DNA of 64,000 nucleotides, taken from positions 186,001 through 250,000 of the forward strand of contig OZ251251.1 of NCBI GenBank assembly GCA_965240325.2, in the 5' to 3' direction. Below are positions 59,428-64,000 of the stretch, piece by piece. Under the pieces are notes generated by a model, which saw only the letters and a list, made by a program, of their open reading frames with translations, was not told the origin of the DNA and searched no databases. Origin of the DNA: Rebecca billardiae RCC1528 (lineage: Eukaryota; Protista; Haptophyta). The stretch's first letter is position 1, and each line of letters starts with the position of its first letter. Made by a program: the position numbers and the translations under genes.

Positions 59428-61982
59428 TCACATGTGCTGCTTCTGGAACACCTTCGCCGCCTCGATCCCCTTGAGCAAGACCGTTACGTCCAGCTCCATC
59501 CGCTCGCCGAGCGCGCCGAGCGGGATGTCGTTCTCGTCAAACCCAAACGGCGCCTCGAGCTCCGCGGCGGTTTCGTTAATGCCGAGGAGCGCGAAGGCGA
59601 TCATGGCGGAGGAGAAGGCGACCATGAGCAGCACGCCGATGCCGCCCGCCACCTGCGGGCACGCGCCGCGCGGGGCACGCACGCCCGCGCCGGCTGAGCC
59701 CCCGGTGCAGGCCTGCGGCGCAGGGCGGCCGTCGCGGCGCGCGCGGGCGGTGCACGCGCGCGCGCGCGCGCGTGAGCGCACCGCGGGCCCTGCGCCTGGC
59801 TGCGTCGCCTTGGCGGTGAAGGGCAGGATGACGGCGTGCGCGCCGTCCTCCTCCAAGTACGCCGTCGCGATCGTGAGCGGCACCGTCAGGATGAACACGT
59901 ACACCAGCCAAGAGAGCATCTGCGTGTACGGAAATGGAATTGGCGTGGAAGCCACCTTGTGAGCGCCAATGGTCGCCTCGACCAGGTTGTCGAGATGCAT
60001 GATGATCGCCTGGTGCTCCCACCAGGTGACGAGGCCCGCGTCGGCGATGGCCTGCACGTGCTGCATGCACCAGCGCACCACGATCACCGGCTTGAACGCC
60101 GCGTGCGTCAGCTCCTCCGTCTCGCCCTCCGTGAGCTGCTCCATTGCGTGGTCGCTCGGGTCGATGGCCGAATCTGCATGCGCCGGCGCGGGATCGGCGC
60201 GGGATGGGCGCGGGATCGGCGCGAGATCGGCGCGGGATCGGCGTCGCCGGGATCGGCGCGGGGTCGGCGCGGGGTCGGCATGTATGCGCACTGCCGGGAG
60301 CGGCGCGGCTGGGGGTCGGCACGGCACGGCCAGCGCAGGCTGGCGCGCCGCGCCGGCGGCGCGGACGGTGCGCGCTGCAGGGGCCGCCGCGCAGACAGAG
60401 GGCAGAGCGGGTGCGCAGCCGGAGGCATGGGCGCACGCAGCCGCGCGCGCAGCCCCGCGCGCGAGGCCTCGCGCACGCGCACGCGCGCACCTCGCAGCGT
60501 GTGCACGACCACGTAGTACAGCAGGATCAGCAGCCGGTGCATTTCAATCGCCATGTCGCGCCGCGTAAGCGGGTGGTCGGGCGGCGCGCCCGCCGCCGCG
60601 CCGCCGCCGCCGTCCGAGCGCTCCGCGACCGAGCTCAGGCAGGAGGACATGTCGTCGGGCGCGGAGGCGCGCGCGCACTGCGCGGCGCGCGCCGCGGCGG
60701 CGGCGGAGATGGGGCCCGGCTCGGCCGCGCCGCCGCCGCTCCCGCCGGGCCCCGCCGGCCCGCCGCCGCCGCCGCCCGCCGCCGCGCACGGCTGAACCGG
60801 CAGTGCGGCCGCATTGCACTTGGTCCCGACCTTGCACGCGATCATCCGGCACGTGCGCAGCACGCAGCCCACGTGGCCGCGCGATTCCCAGAACCGACCG
60901 TACGCCAGGTTGGAGCGGAAGACGAGGAGAAAGCCGAGGGGCCTGTTGCGCAGCGTCGGCGTCGGGGCGCGGCGCGCGCGGGGTGCATGCGGCACGGGCG
61001 GCGCAGGCGGCGCGGCGCGGCGTCGGCAAGCGCCACGGGGGCGAGGGGGGCGAGGTGGCGATGGCGGCGCGTGCGCCGCCCTCGCTCCAACGCGCGCCGG
61101 GCCGAGACCAGCTGAGCTGACCACGCGCACGCATGCCGTGTGCACGTGTGCACGTGCACGCGCGCGTGCGCGAGCTTCCCGGACGCGCGGCAATGCAAGC
61201 GCGCGACCACACAGGCACACGCACACGCACATGCACACACACACACGCACACACGCGCGTGCACACACACACGTGCGCACCACGCTCCCCTTCGCTTTGC
61301 GCCGCGCGCCGTGTGCGCCGCGCGCGCACATGACGACGACGCGGTGCAGGCAACAGGCCACACACACACACACACACACGCGAGCAAAGACTGGTGCAAA
61401 GGCCCCCGCGCTCCCGCGCCGTGCGCGCACATGACGACGACGCGGTGCAGGCACAGGCCACACACACACACGCACGCGTGCAGCAAAGACTCGTGCAAAG
61501 GCCCCCGCGCCGTGCGCGCACATGACGACGACGCGGTGCAAGTAGTCGTTGAACTCGACCGCGGTCGCGTTGATGATGTACAGGCCGATGATGCCGATGA
61601 GCGCGCAGCCGAGGCACAGGCCGGAGATGCGCGGGATCACCGAGCCCTGCGCCGCGAGGGGCGCCCGGGCGTGCGCCGCGCGCGCGCGCGCGAGCCGGCT
61701 GAGCGCGCGGCGCGCGGAAGGCGGCACGGAGCGGCGCGGCGCGGCGCGGCGCGGGCGCGGGCGCGGGCAAAGGCGGCGCGCCTTCATCTTGAACATGAGC
61801 GCGAGGTCGGAGTCCTTCGCCGCGCCCACCTCCTCGTGCACGGGGTTGTCCAGCCGCTTGATCGACGGCGGCCCCGCGTCCTGCAGCTGCTGGTACGACA
61901 AAGCGCCGCTGCCCGTGAGCGGGTTGCCCGCGCGCGCGCCGCCGCCGGGCGGGCCCGTCGGAGCGGAGCGCGTGTCCTTCAT
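59428..61982 (-). CDS. Bestrophin / UPF0187 (YneE-like) anion channel, 5 exons
   Basis: Exons approx. 61982-61782, 61646-61522, 60942-60491, 60173-59809 (or 59782), 59652-59428; motifs GSVIPRI, LGFLLVFRSNLAYGRFWESR, STPIPFPY, GINETAAELEAPFGFDENDIPL. Confidence 0.9.
60182..60280. repeat. ~11-bp GGCGCGGGATC repeat in bestrophin intron
   Basis: About 8 imperfect units next to the acceptor at 60174. Confidence 0.8.
61320..61540 (-). repeat. Three copies of the exon 2 end + donor site in bestrophin intron 2
   Basis: GCGCGCACATGACGACGACGCGGTGCA (+ strand) with CAT at ~61329, ~61430 and 61521; units differ in (CA)n length. Confidence 0.9.
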
Positions 61983-62474
61983 GGGCGGCGAGCGGGGCGG
62001 AGAGGTGCTCGGGGACGACGGGGGTGGGCGCACGCGGCCGACCGCGAGGGGGCAGCCAGCCACGGGCCCGAGAGCGCGGCCCGCCGACGCCTGGCTGCGC
62101 GCGGCGGCGCTGTCGCCACTTCCTGGTCTCGACCGGCGCAGCGCCGTGGCCTTTGACTTTCGTACTAGACTGCTCAGCGGCAGGCTTCCGAACGAGTTCA
62201 GAAGCACAGCCCACACCTGTGCTCACCTGTGCCGTCATCACTCGTCATCCAGCGATGGCCGCTATCTGCACGGCCGCCCCGACTGTCCACCTCCTACGGA
62301 CAACGACGGCCTGACTTGCTACTGAGGCGGGTACAAATCGCCAGGACAGCAAAGCTGCTATTGAGCCCGCCCTCCATCATCATCAACACACGTCTCACAA
62401 GGCACGCACGGGCGCAGCGCCCGGCTGGCGGAGCCGCCCCCAACCCTCGCGCGCGCTCGGGCCCGCGGCGCCCG

Positions 62475-63521
62475 ATGTGGGGCCCCGAGCCGGAGGACGT
62501 CGGGCTGCTCCCGCAGCCGCTCAACCCGCGCGCCGACACCGTCTACCCCGACGACGTCGTCTGCCGCCGCTCGCAGCCCACCGTGCTCGGGCGCGTGTGC
62601 TGCGTGCCGCTGCCCGAGGGCGGCGGCGAGGGCGGCGGGCCGGGCGCCGAGGCGCACATCTACTGGCTCGGGCCCGACGCGAACGACTGCATGGAGCGCA
62701 TCGACGAGCTCCGCGTCGTCGACCGCGCGCTCCTCCACGGCGACCTCGTCGCCGCCGCCGACGGTCGGATCGGCCTCGTCACCGCCTCGAGGCTCGAGCT
62801 CGAGCTGCGGCTGCCGGACGGGCGCACGCTGCACGCAGTGGACAGCGCGGACGTGCGCGCACGCGCACGCGCGCACACAGCCGCGCCCCGCCGCGGGCCC
62901 GTGACACTGCGCGCGCGCGATGCCTGCCTACGTCTGTACTCTGCCTGTCCGACGCGCGTCACGCGCCGCCGCGCGCCGCCTCGCCCCCGGCCCCGCGCGG
63001 CGCGCGCGCCGCGCGGCGTCGCAGGTGCAGCACCTGCAGCCATTCCGCTCGGGCACGTGGGTCGTCTCGACCGACGGCTGGCTCGGCAGGTCAGCTGCGC
63101 GCGCCGCCGAGCGCCGCGCCGCCGCGCCGCCGCGATCGCCTTTGCGCCTGTCGCAAGCGCGCGCGCGCGCCGAGCGCTGACGAGCGCGCCGCCGCGCCGG
63201 CGGCCGCCGCGCGCTCGCGCAGGGTGGAGTCGTGGGTCGAGGACGTCGAGCTCGAGCTGCCGCGCAACGCCTCGCCGCGCCTGCCGCCCGGCCTAAAATT
63301 GGGCGAGCGCGGCGCGCCTGCGGCCGCGGGCAGCGCGGCCGGACCAAGGCCGGGCGGCGGCGTGGCGGGCGGTGCTGGCGGCGGTGGGCAGGGCGACAGC
63401 GTGGGCGTGCCGCTCGGCGGTGCCGTGCTCGTCGCCCCGGCGGGGGCGGCGGACTCCCGCCCGTCGGGCTCGGCCGCGGCCGCAGCCGAGCCCGCGGCAG
63501 CCGGCGGCGGCGCCTTTGCTT

Positions 63522-63560
<39 letters not shown>

Positions 63561-64000
63561 CGGCGGGCGCGCTCGGCGGCGGCGGTGGGAGCGCGGAGGA
63601 CGAGCGCTCGGGCCTCGCGCCGCCCGTCACCTGCCTCTCCGCCACGCTCTCCCCCTCCGGCAAGGCCACCCTCGTCCTCCGCGGCGCCTCGAGCGCGCAC
63701 CTGCGTCCGACTGTGTGCATGTGCGCGCAGCCGCATAGCAGCCAGCATGGCGCCCTGTTCTATCCCTCCATGGTGCGCGCGGCCGGCGCGAGCGCGCATG
63801 CCCCCGGTGGGCGGGCGGCGCCACGCCGGCTGGAGCGGGCGCGGGAAGGGGGGTCGCGGCGCGCGGCCGGCACGAAAGTGCATGCGCGCGCGCGGGCCGC
63901 GCCCACGCCCCTAACCCTACCCCCTAACCCTAATCCGCCCTAACACCCCTCCGTGCGTCGCCCACGCCCCTCACCCTACCCCCTAACCCTAATCCGCCCT
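62475..64000 (+). CDS. UBE2O / UBC23-24 (PHO2)-like E2/E3 hybrid ubiquitin-conjugating enzyme, 5' part (runs off window)
   Basis: Exons 62475-62852, 63025-63089, 63223-63772; LRVVDRALLHGDLV...G.IGLV, F..G.WVV..GWLGRV, FYP motifs characteristic of the UBE2O N-terminal region. UBC domain not in window. Confidence 0.72.

Noticed and set aside
63908-64000. True chromosome end
   Set aside because: Repeats are short, degenerate, in the wrong orientation for a right telomere, and lie after a splice donor of an unfinished gene.

Overview
Very GC-rich eukaryotic nuclear DNA with short spliceosomal introns (mostly GTGCGC...GCAG), a plastid-targeted PsbQ' gene with a bipartite signal+transit peptide, and intronic (CCCTAA)n tracts. 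This fits an alga with a red-derived secondary plastid, most likely a haptophyte of the Pavlovales type (inference). Most ORFs in the supplied track are GC-driven shadows. Supported genes: bacterial-type nitroreductase, psbQ', SMP-30/gluconolactonase-like propeller, MADS-box TF, aldehyde-oxidase-type molybdo-flavoenzyme, a giant PGAP1-like protein lacking the nucleophile Ser, a nucleotide-diphospho-sugar (GT77-like) transferase, FkbM methyltransferase, DUF1499 protein, bestrophin/UPF0187 channel and the 5' part of a UBE2O/PHO2-like gene. Best novelty candidates: (1) seven intronless F-box-like + RCC1-propeller genes (six intact, one pseudogene) with near-identical frameworks within each cluster, hypervariable loops and mosaic relationships, i.e. 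a candidate diversifying SCF receptor repertoire; (2) a three-copy non-autonomous element with Helitron2/Helentron-like ends and a possible Ulp1-protease remnant; (3) a 214-bp tandem array with higher-order structure and a nearby 4-hairpin mini-array; (4) introns containing tandem copies of their own 5' splice site, and sense-strand telomeric repeats that may serve as branch points. All family assignments are from motif recognition by eye, not database searches.
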